Shown piece by piece: positions 35,746-45,406 of a DNA stretch of 47,277 nucleotides; the stretch's first letter is position 1, and every line of letters begins with the position of its first letter. The DNA lies in assembly GCA_947623815.1 (NCBI GenBank), contig CANQHO010000002.1:1-47277 (forward strand), given 5' to 3'. Source of the DNA: an uncultured Bacilli bacterium. Lineage in GTDB: Bacteria > Bacillota_I > Bacilli_A > RF39 > UBA660. The translations under genes were made by a program, and so were the position numbers. The notes beneath the pieces are model-generated. The model made no database searches. It saw nothing but the letters and a program-made list of their open reading frames with translations, and was not told the DNA's origin.

Positions 35746-35774
35746 ATTATACATATTCATAATATGCTTGTCAA
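35746..35774 (-). promoter_or_regulatory. Consensus sigma-A promoter (TTGACA-17 bp-TATAAT)
   Basis: Perfect -35 at 35769-35774 and perfect -10 at 35746-35751 on the minus strand, with a 17-bp spacer. Confidence 0.75.
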
Positions 35775-35806
35775 CCAATTTTTATTACTTTTTATCATTT
35801 CATTTT

Positions 35807-36814
35807 CTATTTTGACTTCTTTAATGTATAAGCAGTAAACGTTACCCCAGTTAAAGCAAATACTAATAATAATACAAATGTTAAAACATTATCGCCAGTA
35901 GCTGGATTTTTATCTGCTTTATTAGTTGTTGTATTTGGTTTTTCATTTGTTGTATCAACTTCCTTGGCTTTTTCTTTTAATTGAAGATAAATAGTAGTAT
36001 CACTATTTAAAGATTTAGTAAAGTCAAAACTATCCTTTAAATCTTTATCAGTAAAGAAACCTCCAAATTCTAAATTTTTTTCTTTTAAAATTTCTTGAAT
36101 TTCTTTAATAAAAGCTTCTAATTCTTCTTTAGTCATACCTTCTTTTTTTACTCTGATTATATCTTCGGCTAAATCACTAGGAACATTTTTTATTCCAGTT
36201 GCTTTAACTGTAACATCTACATATTTTTCGTCTTCAGTTTTATATATTGTTTCATTCCATATTTCTTTATCTTCATCTTTAGCCTTTAAACCTACATTTG
36301 CTGGGTCAACTTTCAAAGTTACTTTTTGTTCAAATTCACCATCTCCGTCCCAGTCAAATTCCCAACTATAATAGAATATAGTTCCATTTTCCACGGCCTT
36401 TTTTAAAAGTTCTAAATCAATTGCTCCCCAAAAGTCCAAATATCTTTCTTTATCTTCTAATTCCTCTTTTTTGGAATCTTGATTTTCCCAAAAAGATTTT
36501 ATAGGTTGTCCCGGTTGAGCAGCATTTCTATATTGGGCTTTTTTGACATCTTCTGTTTTTTGGGTTGGTGCAGTAACTCTCACTCCTACCCACGCTTCTG
36601 AAGTTGGTTTTGCTGGTGGAACTGGCTCTTCCATTTTAACTGTAACCCCTTCATATGTTACAACTACATCAGCAGTTTGATCCCCACTAACTTTTGGATC
36701 ACCTATAGTATCTTTAGCTTTTAAAACATCTACTTTACCAAAATTCAAAGCGTTTACTTTAAACAATGGTACAAACGTCAAAACAACAAGCAAAGCAATT
36801 AAGGTCTTTTTCAA
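35807..36814 (-). CDS. Secreted surface protein with NPATG-type cell-wall sorting signal
   Basis: N-terminal signal peptide. C-terminus NPATG plus a hydrophobic helix plus a KKSK tail. Confidence 0.75.
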   Translation of the reverse strand: MKKTLIALLVVLTFVPLFKVNALNFGKVDVLKAKDTIGDPKVSGDQTADVVVTYEGVTVKMEEPVPPAKPTSEAWVGVRVTAPTQKTEDVKKAQYRNAAQPGQPIKSFWENQDSKKEELEDKERYLDFWGAIDLELLKKAVENGTIFYYSWEFDWDGDGEFEQKVTLKVDPANVGLKAKDEDKEIWNETIYKTEDEKYVDVTVKATGIKNVPSDLAEDIIRVKKEGMTKEELEAFIKEIQEILKEKNLEFGGFFTDKDLKDSFDFTKSLNSDTTIYLQLKEKAKEVDTTNEKPNTTTNKADKNPATGDNVLTFVLLLVFALTGVTFTAYTLKKSK

Positions 36815-36844
36815 ATTAATTCATCTCCTCTTTTTTTTATTTTA

Positions 36845-37366
36845 TTATTTTTTCTCATTACAAACATATTGATTTTGACTTAAATAAGTTTTTAATTTGG
36901 TATAACCAGTTGGATACTCTGTCAAATCAGTCATATTTTTTATAGTCATTATTTCTTTTTTAGTAATAGTGTTATTTGCATCATCATTACTTACTTGAGA
37001 AGTAACCCCAGCTCTTTGTTTAGCTTTAGCATTTTTATTTTTGGTATATCCAGATTTATCATCAAACTTAGTTGTGGTAGTCAAAACTATTGTTTCCACT
37101 GTTCCATTATCATCATATGTAAAGTTTACAGTTTTAGAAACTGTCGCTTTTAAATCAGGATCTGTTGTTCCTGATAAAGTACAACTAGTAGATTCTGGAT
37201 AAGTTACTTTTTGAACTTCTTCAGTTGTACTTTTTTTCTTTCCTAAATGATATCTACCTGCTAAAAGGCCTTCAATTTGCGGCATAAATATAATAAATAA
37301 AACTATTATAACCAAAATTACTCCCCACAAAATTTTTTCATTTTTATTGGCTTCCATTTTATTCAT
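36845..37366 (-). CDS. Membrane-anchored hypothetical protein
   Basis: Single N-terminal TM helix and a T/K-rich ectodomain. No motif recognised. Confidence 0.6.
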   Translation of the reverse strand: MNKMEANKNEKILWGVILVIIVLFIIFMPQIEGLLAGRYHLGKKKSTTEEVQKVTYPESTSCTLSGTTDPDLKATVSKTVNFTYDDNGTVETIVLTTTTKFDDKSGYTKNKNAKAKQRAGVTSQVSNDDANNTITKKEIMTIKNMTDLTEYPTGYTKLKTYLSQNQYVCNEKK

Positions 37367-37430
37367 CTCCTACTTTTTATATCATATCATATCTTCAACT
37401 GTATTTCAATCCAAAAAAGAAAAAAATGGG

Positions 37431-37988
37431 TTATGCTCTTGACGCATATTTCCCATCTTTAGTATAAATAACAATTTTTTCACCTTGTTCAATAAATAAA
37501 GGGACTTTAACAATTAAACCGGTTTCAACTTCTGCATCTTTAGTGGCATTATTAGTTGTATTTCCTTTTACTGCTGGTTCAGTTTTAGTGACCGTTACTT
37601 CTAATTTTTCCGGTAAAATTAGTCCTAGTAATTCACCTTTATAAAAACTAACATCAACTGTACTATTTTCAATCAAATAATATTTATCATCTTTAATTTG
37701 ATCAGCACTTAATTCAACTTGTTCATAAGTTTCCATATTCATAAAATTATAACTATCACCACTACAATATAAATATTGCATTGTCATTTTGTCAATATTA
37801 GCCTTTTCTAATTTTACATTAGTATTAAATGTTTTTTCTAAAGTAGTACCGGTTTTTAAATTTTTTAATTTAGTTCGCATAAAGGCTGGACCTTTACCTG
37901 GTTTTACGTGTAAAAATTCAATTATTTGATAAATATTTCCATCGATAATAACCGTCATACCGTTTTTTATATCGTTTATATTGATCAT
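37431..37988 (-). CDS. efp: Elongation factor P
   Basis: NDIKNGMTVIIDGNIYQIIEFLHVKPGKGPAFMRTKLKNLKTG. Confidence 0.95.
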   Translation of the reverse strand: MININDIKNGMTVIIDGNIYQIIEFLHVKPGKGPAFMRTKLKNLKTGTTLEKTFNTNVKLEKANIDKMTMQYLYCSGDSYNFMNMETYEQVELSADQIKDDKYYLIENSTVDVSFYKGELLGLILPEKLEVTVTKTEPAVKGNTTNNATKDAEVETGLIVKVPLFIEQGEKIVIYTKDGKYASRA

Positions 37989-38001
37989 AAATTACCTCCT
38001 A

Positions 38002-38178
38002 TTATTTTTTATCTTTTGATTCTTTATGTTCAGTATGTTTTTGACATCTTGAACAATATTTATTTAAAACTAGAGGACTTGTAGTATTATGAGTATTTTT
38101 TTCAACCCGATAATTTCTTGAATCACATTCAGTACATTTTAGTGTAACACGTACTCTATTTTCATTCTTTTTAGCCAT
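38002..38178 (-). CDS. rpmG: Ribosomal protein L33 (zinc-ribbon form)
   Basis: Not in the track. MAKKNENRVRVTLKCTECDSRNYRVEKNTHNTTSPLVLNKYCSRCQKHTEHKESKDKK. GGAGGG Shine-Dalgarno. Confidence 0.85.
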   Translation of the reverse strand: MAKKNENRVRVTLKCTECDSRNYRVEKNTHNTTSPLVLNKYCSRCQKHTEHKESKDKK

Positions 38179-38208
38179 GGTTTTCCCTCCTTTTTTGACA
38201 CTATTACC

Positions 38209-38236
38209 ATTATAACAAAATTTTCTTAAATTTCAA
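38209..38236 (-). promoter_or_regulatory. Promoter for rpmG-efp (TTGAAA-16 bp-TGtTATAAT)
   Basis: -35 at 38231-38236 and an extended -10 ending at 38209, on the minus strand. Confidence 0.55.
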
Positions 38237-38266
38237 CGTTTTTTTTGGAATATATACTTTTTTTGG

Positions 38267-40348
38267 CTATTTTGTACCATACATTTCAAAATATTTATCC
38301 GATACAGCCCGTGCTATTCTTTTATTAACTGATGAGGTATAATTACTTGATAAATCGGAAACATTTGGTGAGGCAACAAAGAAAGCCATTTTAGGATTAT
38401 TAGTAGGAGCATAACCGGCAAAAGTATTGGTATATGTTTCTTTATCAACCTTGCCATCATTATTAGTATCGATAAAACTTTGACTAGTTCCGGTTTTTCC
38501 TGCCGGTTTATATTTCATATTTATATAACCGGTTCCCGTTCCTCCACTAATTACTTTTTTAAAGCCCATTTGAACTCTTTTTATATATTTACTACTAGTT
38601 TTTACTTTATTAAGTACAGTTGGTTCATATTCTTCCATAACATCAGTTAGAGGTTTTCCATTAGAAGAATATATTTTTTGCATTAAATGTAATCCAACTC
38701 TCTTTCCATCATTGGCAATTGTTCCCATATATTGAGCAAGTTGTAAAGGCGTATACGTATCGTATTGGCCAATTGAATAATCAAGTAATAATCCTGGAGT
38801 ATCACTACTTCCTTTAATTCCGGTACTTTCATTAGGTAAATCGATACCGGTTTTTACTCCCAAACCAAATTGAGCAAAAGTATCACGATATATTTTAAAT
38901 GCATCTTTTTTCATCTTAAAAGCGCCATTTGGGACATATCTATATCCAGCCACTTTCATAGCCGTATAAAATTGATAGGTGTTAGAAGAAAATTGTAAGG
39001 CCGTTAAATCATTTAAAGTTCCTAAATTTTTCCAAGAACATTTAATTGGGGTGGCCGCTAATTTAACGCATACATCATTTCTAACTTCTCCAATTTTTAA
39101 TCCCCCATTATTGTATCCGGTAATTTGTGAAGCCCCTTTAACGGCAGATCCGGCCGTTACACTTCCAGTTATTACTCCGGTTGTGTAATCCAAAAATTCA
39201 TATTTACCTTTACCTTTACGGACAATTTGTTTACCAGCCATTGCCAAAACTTCACCGGTTTTAGGTCTTATTACGACCGCAAAAGCCGTATTGTAATATC
39301 TCGTATTAGCCTCTTTTTTGGCTTTTAAAAGTTGTTGTTCTAATATTTTTTCGATTTCTTTTTGCAGTTTAATATCGATAGTTAAAACTAAATCATTTCC
39401 CCTGGATCCTTTTTTAGTTAATATTTGATTTCCTTTATCATCTATTTCATATACATCTTTAGTTCCTTTTAAATAATCGTCATATTGATACTCTAAATAA
39501 CTTATTCCCACTCGATCATCTAAACTATATCCTTTTTTTAAATAGTAATCTTTTAAGTCGGAAGGAATTCCTGTGGAAGTCGAAGACACTGTTCCCAAAA
39601 TAGATTTAAGCGTATCTCCTTCGGGATAAGTTCTTTCCCATCCTAATTGAACATTGACTCCTGGTAAATCTTGCCTACTAGCAATCAAAGCAAATTCTTC
39701 ATCGGTCACATCGTCATCTTTAATTATTTTTTCCGAATATGAATATCCTTTATTCATAAGGTAATATATATAAGCAGCCTCTCTATCTATATCTTCATAT
39801 TTATCTAATTCTTCATCGGTAATTCTTTCTTTTTTCAAACTTTCTATTTCTGAGGCGGTCAATTTTCTTTCTTCTAATTTTTGCCATTCTTCATCTTTTA
39901 TTTTCGCATCAGCGGCTTGTTTATTATTTCTAATCCAAAAATCTCTAAGTGAATTATCAGTTAATTTAGAATAATCTATTTCTAATAAAGCCGCTAAATC
40001 ATAAGCCACTTTTATTTCTCCGGTGGTAGTTACTTTACTAGGTTTTTTATAGTATATTATTCTTACCGGTACATTATCAACTAACAATACGCCATTTCGG
40101 TCATATATTCTTCCTCTAGGAGCCGTTGGCCCTAATACGATATTTTCTTTTGATGATTTTAGTTCTTTAGTATAATATCTTTGATTTATTATTTGAACTC
40201 TAAATAAACCAATCATTAAAAGAACGACAACCAAAGTAATTAAAGCGATTAAAATATTGTATCTTTTTTCTACTACTTCGCCTATTTCTCTACTTTTTTT
40301 ATAATAATCACTATATTTAGTATTTATTTGTCTTTTCTTTCGTATCAT
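38267..40348 (-). CDS. Class B penicillin-binding protein (PBP2-type transpeptidase)
   Basis: N-terminal TM anchor, with SAVK (SxxK), SSN and KTGT motifs in order. Confidence 0.9.
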   Translation of the reverse strand: MIRKKRQINTKYSDYYKKSREIGEVVEKRYNILIALITLVVVLLMIGLFRVQIINQRYYTKELKSSKENIVLGPTAPRGRIYDRNGVLLVDNVPVRIIYYKKPSKVTTTGEIKVAYDLAALLEIDYSKLTDNSLRDFWIRNNKQAADAKIKDEEWQKLEERKLTASEIESLKKERITDEELDKYEDIDREAAYIYYLMNKGYSYSEKIIKDDDVTDEEFALIASRQDLPGVNVQLGWERTYPEGDTLKSILGTVSSTSTGIPSDLKDYYLKKGYSLDDRVGISYLEYQYDDYLKGTKDVYEIDDKGNQILTKKGSRGNDLVLTIDIKLQKEIEKILEQQLLKAKKEANTRYYNTAFAVVIRPKTGEVLAMAGKQIVRKGKGKYEFLDYTTGVITGSVTAGSAVKGASQITGYNNGGLKIGEVRNDVCVKLAATPIKCSWKNLGTLNDLTALQFSSNTYQFYTAMKVAGYRYVPNGAFKMKKDAFKIYRDTFAQFGLGVKTGIDLPNESTGIKGSSDTPGLLLDYSIGQYDTYTPLQLAQYMGTIANDGKRVGLHLMQKIYSSNGKPLTDVMEEYEPTVLNKVKTSSKYIKRVQMGFKKVISGGTGTGYINMKYKPAGKTGTSQSFIDTNNDGKVDKETYTNTFAGYAPTNNPKMAFFVASPNVSDLSSNYTSSVNKRIARAVSDKYFEMYGTK

Positions 40349-40375
40349 TTTAGTACCTCTTTCATATAATATACT

Positions 40376-40636
40376 ATGATTTTAAAGTTTATTCAAAAAC
40401 ATATTGAACGTCTCTCTATTAGTGATATAAAATTATTTTGTGAAAAAAACAATATTACTTATCAAGAAAAAGAATTAAATTTTGCCTATAACTATATTAA
40501 AAATAATTATCCAACTATTTTAAAAGACCCTAACCAAACTTTGAATGATATAAGACCTAATTTATCTAAAAAAACTTATGACCAAGTCAAAAAAATATAT
40601 TTTGATTATCGTAAAAAATATCAAAATTATTTATAA
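40376..40636 (+). CDS. Hypothetical small protein
   Basis: 86-aa ORF divergent from the PBP gene. No motif recognised. Confidence 0.5.
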   Translation: MILKFIQKHIERLSISDIKLFCEKNNITYQEKELNFAYNYIKNNYPTILKDPNQTLNDIRPNLSKKTYDQVKKIYFDYRKKYQNYL

Positions 40637-41526
40637 TAATTTCTTATTTTTTGATATAAACTATCATCCCATTTTTTATTTTTAATCATTTCTATTTCAA
40701 ATTTATACGGTGGAAATAGACGTTCTTTACTGTTATCATCTAATCCAATATAAGGTGTTTCTAATATTTTAGGAACATTTTTTAATTTGTCATGATAGAT
40801 AATTTTTAATAAATTATCGAAACCTATTTTACCAAATCCAATATTTTCATGGCGATCTTTATGGGTATTGATATCATTTTTACTATCGTTTATATGGATA
40901 CATTGTAACTTGTCCAACCCAATTATTTTGTCGAATTTTGTTAATACAGTGTCAAAATTTGACATATCATAACCAGCATCGTGTAAATGACAAGTGTCTA
41001 GACAAACACCTATTTTATCTTGGTATTTTATTCCATCGATAATTTGTTTTATTTCTTCTAATGTTTTTCCACATTCACTACCTTTTCCTGCCATTGTTTC
41101 TAGTAAAATAACAACTTTTTGGTCTTTAGTTATTACTTGGTTTAAAGCCTTTATTATTTGTTTTATTCCCACATCAGTTCCTTGATTAACATGACTACCG
41201 GGATGAAGAACTAGTTTATCAAAACCTAGTTCTTCTACCCTTTTTATTTCTTGTTTTAAAAAATCCACCGAAAATTCTTCTTTTTCTTTATTGGCTAAAT
41301 TTATTATATATGGTGCATGCACAATAACATTATTTTTATCGATACCATTTTTATTCATTTCTAAAAATGCTTGTTTCGTTGTTTCTAAATCAATTGGATT
41401 TCGCCTAGTATTTTGAGGTGCTCCAGTATAAAACATAAATGTATTGGCTCCATAAGATAAAGCCTCTTTAACACTTCCTAAAAGTCCTTCTTTAGCATTG
41501 TATGAAACATGACTACCAATAATCAT
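40627..41526 (-). CDS. nfo: Endonuclease IV
   Basis: [35 protein letters not shown] and IHINDS metal-binding blocks. Confidence 0.9.
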   Translation of the reverse strand: MIIGSHVSYNAKEGLLGSVKEALSYGANTFMFYTGAPQNTRRNPIDLETTKQAFLEMNKNGIDKNNVIVHAPYIINLANKEKEEFSVDFLKQEIKRVEELGFDKLVLHPGSHVNQGTDVGIKQIIKALNQVITKDQKVVILLETMAGKGSECGKTLEEIKQIIDGIKYQDKIGVCLDTCHLHDAGYDMSNFDTVLTKFDKIIGLDKLQCIHINDSKNDINTHKDRHENIGFGKIGFDNLLKIIYHDKLKNVPKILETPYIGLDDNSKERLFPPYKFEIEMIKNKKWDDSLYQKIRNYYK

Positions 41527-41592
41527 AAAAACACCTCATTTCTTTTTTTATTATACATTATTTCCACTTTAAAATAAATATAATTTTAACAT

Positions 41593-42612
41593 TTACTTAC
41601 TTTCTTTAATTTGAATGGCATCTATTTCTTGACCGATAATTCCCGCATAGCCATTTTTACTATCTTTGGTGTTATAACCAGTTACCCAAGGTAACCATTT
41701 TTTACTTTTTCTAAGATGAACACGATACATTATTTTTTTCTTATTGGATTTTATCATAAAAGCATCTATTACTTTATTTTTTAATCCCGCATAGTCAGTT
41801 CTATTTTTTACTTCTTTTAACCAAGAACCACCTTTAACATGGACTTTATAGTATAAATTACCTATATTAGCACTCGCATATACTAAACAAATATCATCGC
41901 CAAATATTCCGGCATAATCACTATCATTTATGACATTTGGTAACCATCTTCTTTTTACACCATCCCATACTTGGTATTTTACTTCCCATTTTTTTTCTTC
42001 TCTATCATCGTCAGAAAAATTATCTTTAACTAAAATATCACTATCAAATCTTTTACCATCTATTATTAAATTATTGGAATTTTGCCAAATACTATATGGT
42101 TTTTTATATGTACATTTATCACCCCATTGGGCTACCCATTTATCGAATCTATTCAACTTAGAAGAATTTAATTGATTATTTAACCAACTTAAACTAGCGT
42201 ATATTCCTGTATAATAACCTTTACTTTCTACTTTTTCGCAAAAGGTATAACAAATATCTACTAACATTTTATTACTTGGCATTCCATTTTTTCTTTTATA
42301 ACCATCCGCATCTTCCATGTCAAACCAAACTCCATATTTAAAATTTTTACCAACTTCTTTTAGTAATCTAAGGACATGATTAACTTCACTTAAAGCATCA
42401 TTTAAATTTAAGGCATAACTATATAAGTATATTCCATATGGGATATTTAATTCTTCACATTTTCTGATATTATTTTTATATTGTTTATCATCTTGGGATA
42501 CGATATCATTCCCATAACCACATCTTATTATCGCAAATTCCCGACCACTTTTTTTGACACTTTCCCAATTGACTATTCCGTTTGCGGCTGAAACATCTAT
42601 TCCTTTTTGCAT
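41593..42612 (-). CDS. GH25 muramidase with three C-terminal W-containing repeats, no signal peptide
   Basis: GIDVSAANGIVNWESVKKSGREFAIIRCGYG. GGGGGTGA Shine-Dalgarno before the ATG at 42612. Three C-terminal repeats Y-x-V-x4-W ... YAG ... ID, resembling ChW-type repeats. Confidence 0.8.
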   Translation of the reverse strand: MQKGIDVSAANGIVNWESVKKSGREFAIIRCGYGNDIVSQDDKQYKNNIRKCEELNIPYGIYLYSYALNLNDALSEVNHVLRLLKEVGKNFKYGVWFDMEDADGYKRKNGMPSNKMLVDICYTFCEKVESKGYYTGIYASLSWLNNQLNSSKLNRFDKWVAQWGDKCTYKKPYSIWQNSNNLIIDGKRFDSDILVKDNFSDDDREEKKWEVKYQVWDGVKRRWLPNVINDSDYAGIFGDDICLVYASANIGNLYYKVHVKGGSWLKEVKNRTDYAGLKNKVIDAFMIKSNKKKIMYRVHLRKSKKWLPWVTGYNTKDSKNGYAGIIGQEIDAIQIKESK

Positions 42613-42696
42613 TTTTTCACCCCCTGTTTTATTATATGGAAGATTAAAAATGTTCATAATTTTATTCAACTAAAAAAATTAAGAATAAATCTTAAT

Positions 42697-43149
42697 TTAA
42701 TCTACTAAAACGGAATCTTGATACAAAATAACATCCGGTACTTCTTTATTAACAACTTTTAAAACTTGATTATCATCATCGATTAGAACTATTTTTTCTT
42801 TGGTATTGACCTTTTTTAAATAATTGGCTTTAAGTATTTTAGCGGAAACATTATCGTTACTTTCTTTAGAAATAATGACTCTTTCTTTAAAAAAAGGAGC
42901 ATATTTATCTAACCATTTATTTTTATCATCAATATCCGTATCTTTTTTACAAACTGATAAAATATGTAAATTAACATTTGGTAATTCACTTACTTTTTCT
43001 AAAATTTTTATGTTGTTGAAAAGTGGTCTTTTATTTAAAAAATCACTAGGCCTTCCAAAATCGAAGTAAGCAATTACTCCATCCATATCGACAAAAATAA
43101 GTAATTTTTGATTCTTAGATAATTCTTTGATCAAATTATAAAAATACAT
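42697..43149 (-). CDS. HAD-superfamily phosphatase (5'(3')-deoxyribonucleotidase-like)
   Basis: Motif I FVDMDGVIA and a late LIDDD. Confidence 0.55.
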   Translation of the reverse strand: MYFYNLIKELSKNQKLLIFVDMDGVIAYFDFGRPSDFLNKRPLFNNIKILEKVSELPNVNLHILSVCKKDTDIDDKNKWLDKYAPFFKERVIISKESNDNVSAKILKANYLKKVNTKEKIVLIDDDNQVLKVVNKEVPDVILYQDSVLVD

Positions 43150-43151
43150 TT

Positions 43152-43706
43152 TTAAACCTCACTATATCTTGATTCAAACAAATCTTTTTCTTCATCATTT
43201 TCTTCTTTTTCATCTATTTTAGGTAATTCCGATAAATCAGATAAACCAAAATAATCTAAAAAACGACTAGTTGTACCATACTGCATTGGTCGACCGGCTA
43301 AATTTGATCTACCAACTTCTTCAATTAAATCACGTGATAAAAGTTTTCTAACTGTATGGACACTATTTAATCCCCTAATTTCATCAATATCAGCTCTAGT
43401 TACCGGTTGATTATAAGCAACAATAGCAAGTGTTTCTAAAGCCGCCTGACTTAACATCCCATCATTTTCTAGTTTTAGTTTTTCATAATAGGCAACATGT
43501 TCTTCTTTGGTAGTTAATTTTAATTTGTTACCTAAAACTTTTAAACATATTCCCCGATTTTCTTTTTTATATTCATTGTTTAAATCTAACAATATTTCTT
43601 CTAATTTCTGATCGTCAATTTCCAATAATTCTTTTATTTGTTCACTTGTCAATCCATCTTCCCCAACGACAAATAAAAGTCCTTCTAAAACGGCATTTAA
43701 ATTCAT
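43152..43706 (-). CDS. scpB: Segregation and condensation protein B
   Basis: LEGLLFVVGEDGL, LAIVAYNQPVTRADIDEIRG and GRPMQYGTT. Confidence 0.9.
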   Translation of the reverse strand: MNLNAVLEGLLFVVGEDGLTSEQIKELLEIDDQKLEEILLDLNNEYKKENRGICLKVLGNKLKLTTKEEHVAYYEKLKLENDGMLSQAALETLAIVAYNQPVTRADIDEIRGLNSVHTVRKLLSRDLIEEVGRSNLAGRPMQYGTTSRFLDYFGLSDLSELPKIDEKEENDEEKDLFESRYSEV

Positions 43707-43713
43707 ATTATCC

Positions 43714-44427
43714 CTACCTTAAACAGAGCATAATTTTAGAAAAATTATTTTCTTGGTCAATTTTGATTTCTTGTCTTTTAGCCATAACTAAGATAGATAA
43801 AAAAGTAACGACTACATAATCTTTTTTAAAATTAGTAAATAATTCTTCAAAATATACTCTTTTTTTCTTTACTAATAAATGTCTTATTTGTTTGCTTCTT
43901 TCCGTTACGGAATATTCTTTAGTAGCAATCTTGGTATTTAATGGTTTTTCTAGTTCTTTTCGTTGCATAAATTTCATGAATGCTTTCATTAAATCATCTA
44001 ATGATAAATCTCCTAAATCGGAAGCATTTTCTCCTTGATATTGGATTAAATTCTCCCCCATCTTAGTATGGATCAATTTTCTTTCCGTTTCCATTTTTTT
44101 AAAACTGCTAGTTAATTCTTTATATTGTTGATACTCTAATAATCTTTGAATAAGTCTTTCTTTAGGATCTTCTTCGTATTCATCTACCACTTCTTCTTTT
44201 TTAGGAAGTAAAGTCAAAGATTTTATTTCTAATAATTCACTAGCCATAATTAAATATTCACTCGCAATATTTAAATTCATTGCCTCCATTTTATCTATAT
44301 AATCTAAATATTGTTTAGTTATTTCTTCTACACTAATATTTAAAATATCTAAATCATTGATTTTAATCAAATGGAGTAACAAATCCATTGGTCCATCAAA
44401 ATTGTCGATTGTTACTTTGTAATCCAT
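43714..44427 (-). CDS. scpA: Segregation and condensation protein A
   Basis: FDGPMDLLLHLIK ... DILNISVEEIT-x-QYL. Immediately upstream of scpB. Confidence 0.9.
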   Translation of the reverse strand: MDYKVTIDNFDGPMDLLLHLIKINDLDILNISVEEITKQYLDYIDKMEAMNLNIASEYLIMASELLEIKSLTLLPKKEEVVDEYEEDPKERLIQRLLEYQQYKELTSSFKKMETERKLIHTKMGENLIQYQGENASDLGDLSLDDLMKAFMKFMQRKELEKPLNTKIATKEYSVTERSKQIRHLLVKKKRVYFEELFTNFKKDYVVVTFLSILVMAKRQEIKIDQENNFSKIMLCLR

Positions 44428-44481
44428 AATTTCACCGTTTTCATTATATCACAAACATGATATAATTTAAAAGGTGATATT

Positions 44482-44787
44482 TTGAAAACTTTTGTGATGA
44501 AAAATGAATCTTTTATATGTGACCATTGTCATAAGTTAGTGGAAAAATCTAGTTATACGGCTAGAGATCACTGTCCTTATTGTTTGTATTCTAAACATGT
44601 GGATATAAATCCTGGTGACCGATTAAATACTTGTCATGGTCTTTTAAAACCAATTGGAATTGAAAAATTTAAAAACACTTTCAAAATAAATTATCAATGT
44701 CTAAAATGTGGAAAAAAACATAAAAATATTATGCACGATGATGATAATATGGAAGAAATCATCAAACTTTCTACTAGTATTTATTAA
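44482..44787 (+). CDS. RNHCP-domain zinc-ribbon protein
   Basis: CDHC ... ARDHCPYCLYSKHVD ... CLKCGK. Start uncertain (TTG at 44482 after AAGGTGA, or GTG/ATG at 44494/44497). Confidence 0.65.
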   Translation: MKTFVMKNESFICDHCHKLVEKSSYTARDHCPYCLYSKHVDINPGDRLNTCHGLLKPIGIEKFKNTFKINYQCLKCGKKHKNIMHDDDNMEEIIKLSTSIY

Positions 44788-44790
44788 AAG

Positions 44791-44822
44791 AAAAAGGTTG
44801 AAAACATTTTCAGCCTTTTTAT
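44791..44822. terminator. Bidirectional terminator between convergent genes
   Basis: AAGGTTGAAAA / TTTTCAGCCTT flanked by an A-run and a T-run. Confidence 0.6.
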
Positions 44823-44842
44823 ATTCTTATTAACCAACTTAC

Positions 44843-45340
44843 TTATTTCAATAATTGATATACGTAAGGTAAGAAAAGAACAAAAATTATCAAAATAGCA
44901 AACACAATTCCCGCAAACTTCAAACCATCGGGTGCTATTTCCTTTTCTTCTATTTTTCTAATATCCCTAGATACCGTTACCGTTGTTTCTTCACCATTTG
45001 GAGTTGGAACTACAATTTCTTGTACCGTTGGCACCGTCCCTTGATTAGGAGTTGTTTGGGTATTTACTGTTGAACTAGGTTGTGGGGTTGGATTAACCGT
45101 TTGAGGATTTGGCGTTACCGGTTCTACCGTCGGTTGCGGAGTAACTGGTGTCTGTACTGGTTCAGTTGGAACAGGCCCACTTGTGGCACTAGGATTAACA
45201 GAAGGACTTGGTGCTACATTAGGTTGATAATCAACTGTATAGCTTTGATCAACTTGCGTACTAGTTGTTTCTGTTGGTTGATTATTTACTGGTTGAACAT
45301 TTGGTATACCACCAGTTTGACTATTCATATTTTGGTTCAT
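44843..45340 (-). CDS. Pro/Thr/Gln-rich protein with C-terminal TM anchor
   Basis: Low-complexity P/T/Q/V N-terminal two thirds. A single C-terminal helix FAGIVFAILIIFVLFL. Confidence 0.55.
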   Translation of the reverse strand: MNQNMNSQTGGIPNVQPVNNQPTETTSTQVDQSYTVDYQPNVAPSPSVNPSATSGPVPTEPVQTPVTPQPTVEPVTPNPQTVNPTPQPSSTVNTQTTPNQGTVPTVQEIVVPTPNGEETTVTVSRDIRKIEEKEIAPDGLKFAGIVFAILIIFVLFLPYVYQLLK

Positions 45341-45406
45341 TTTTAAGCACCTCTTCCTATTCTAATTACTATTATATCAAAAACCCCTAAAAAATCAACC
45401 CAAAAG

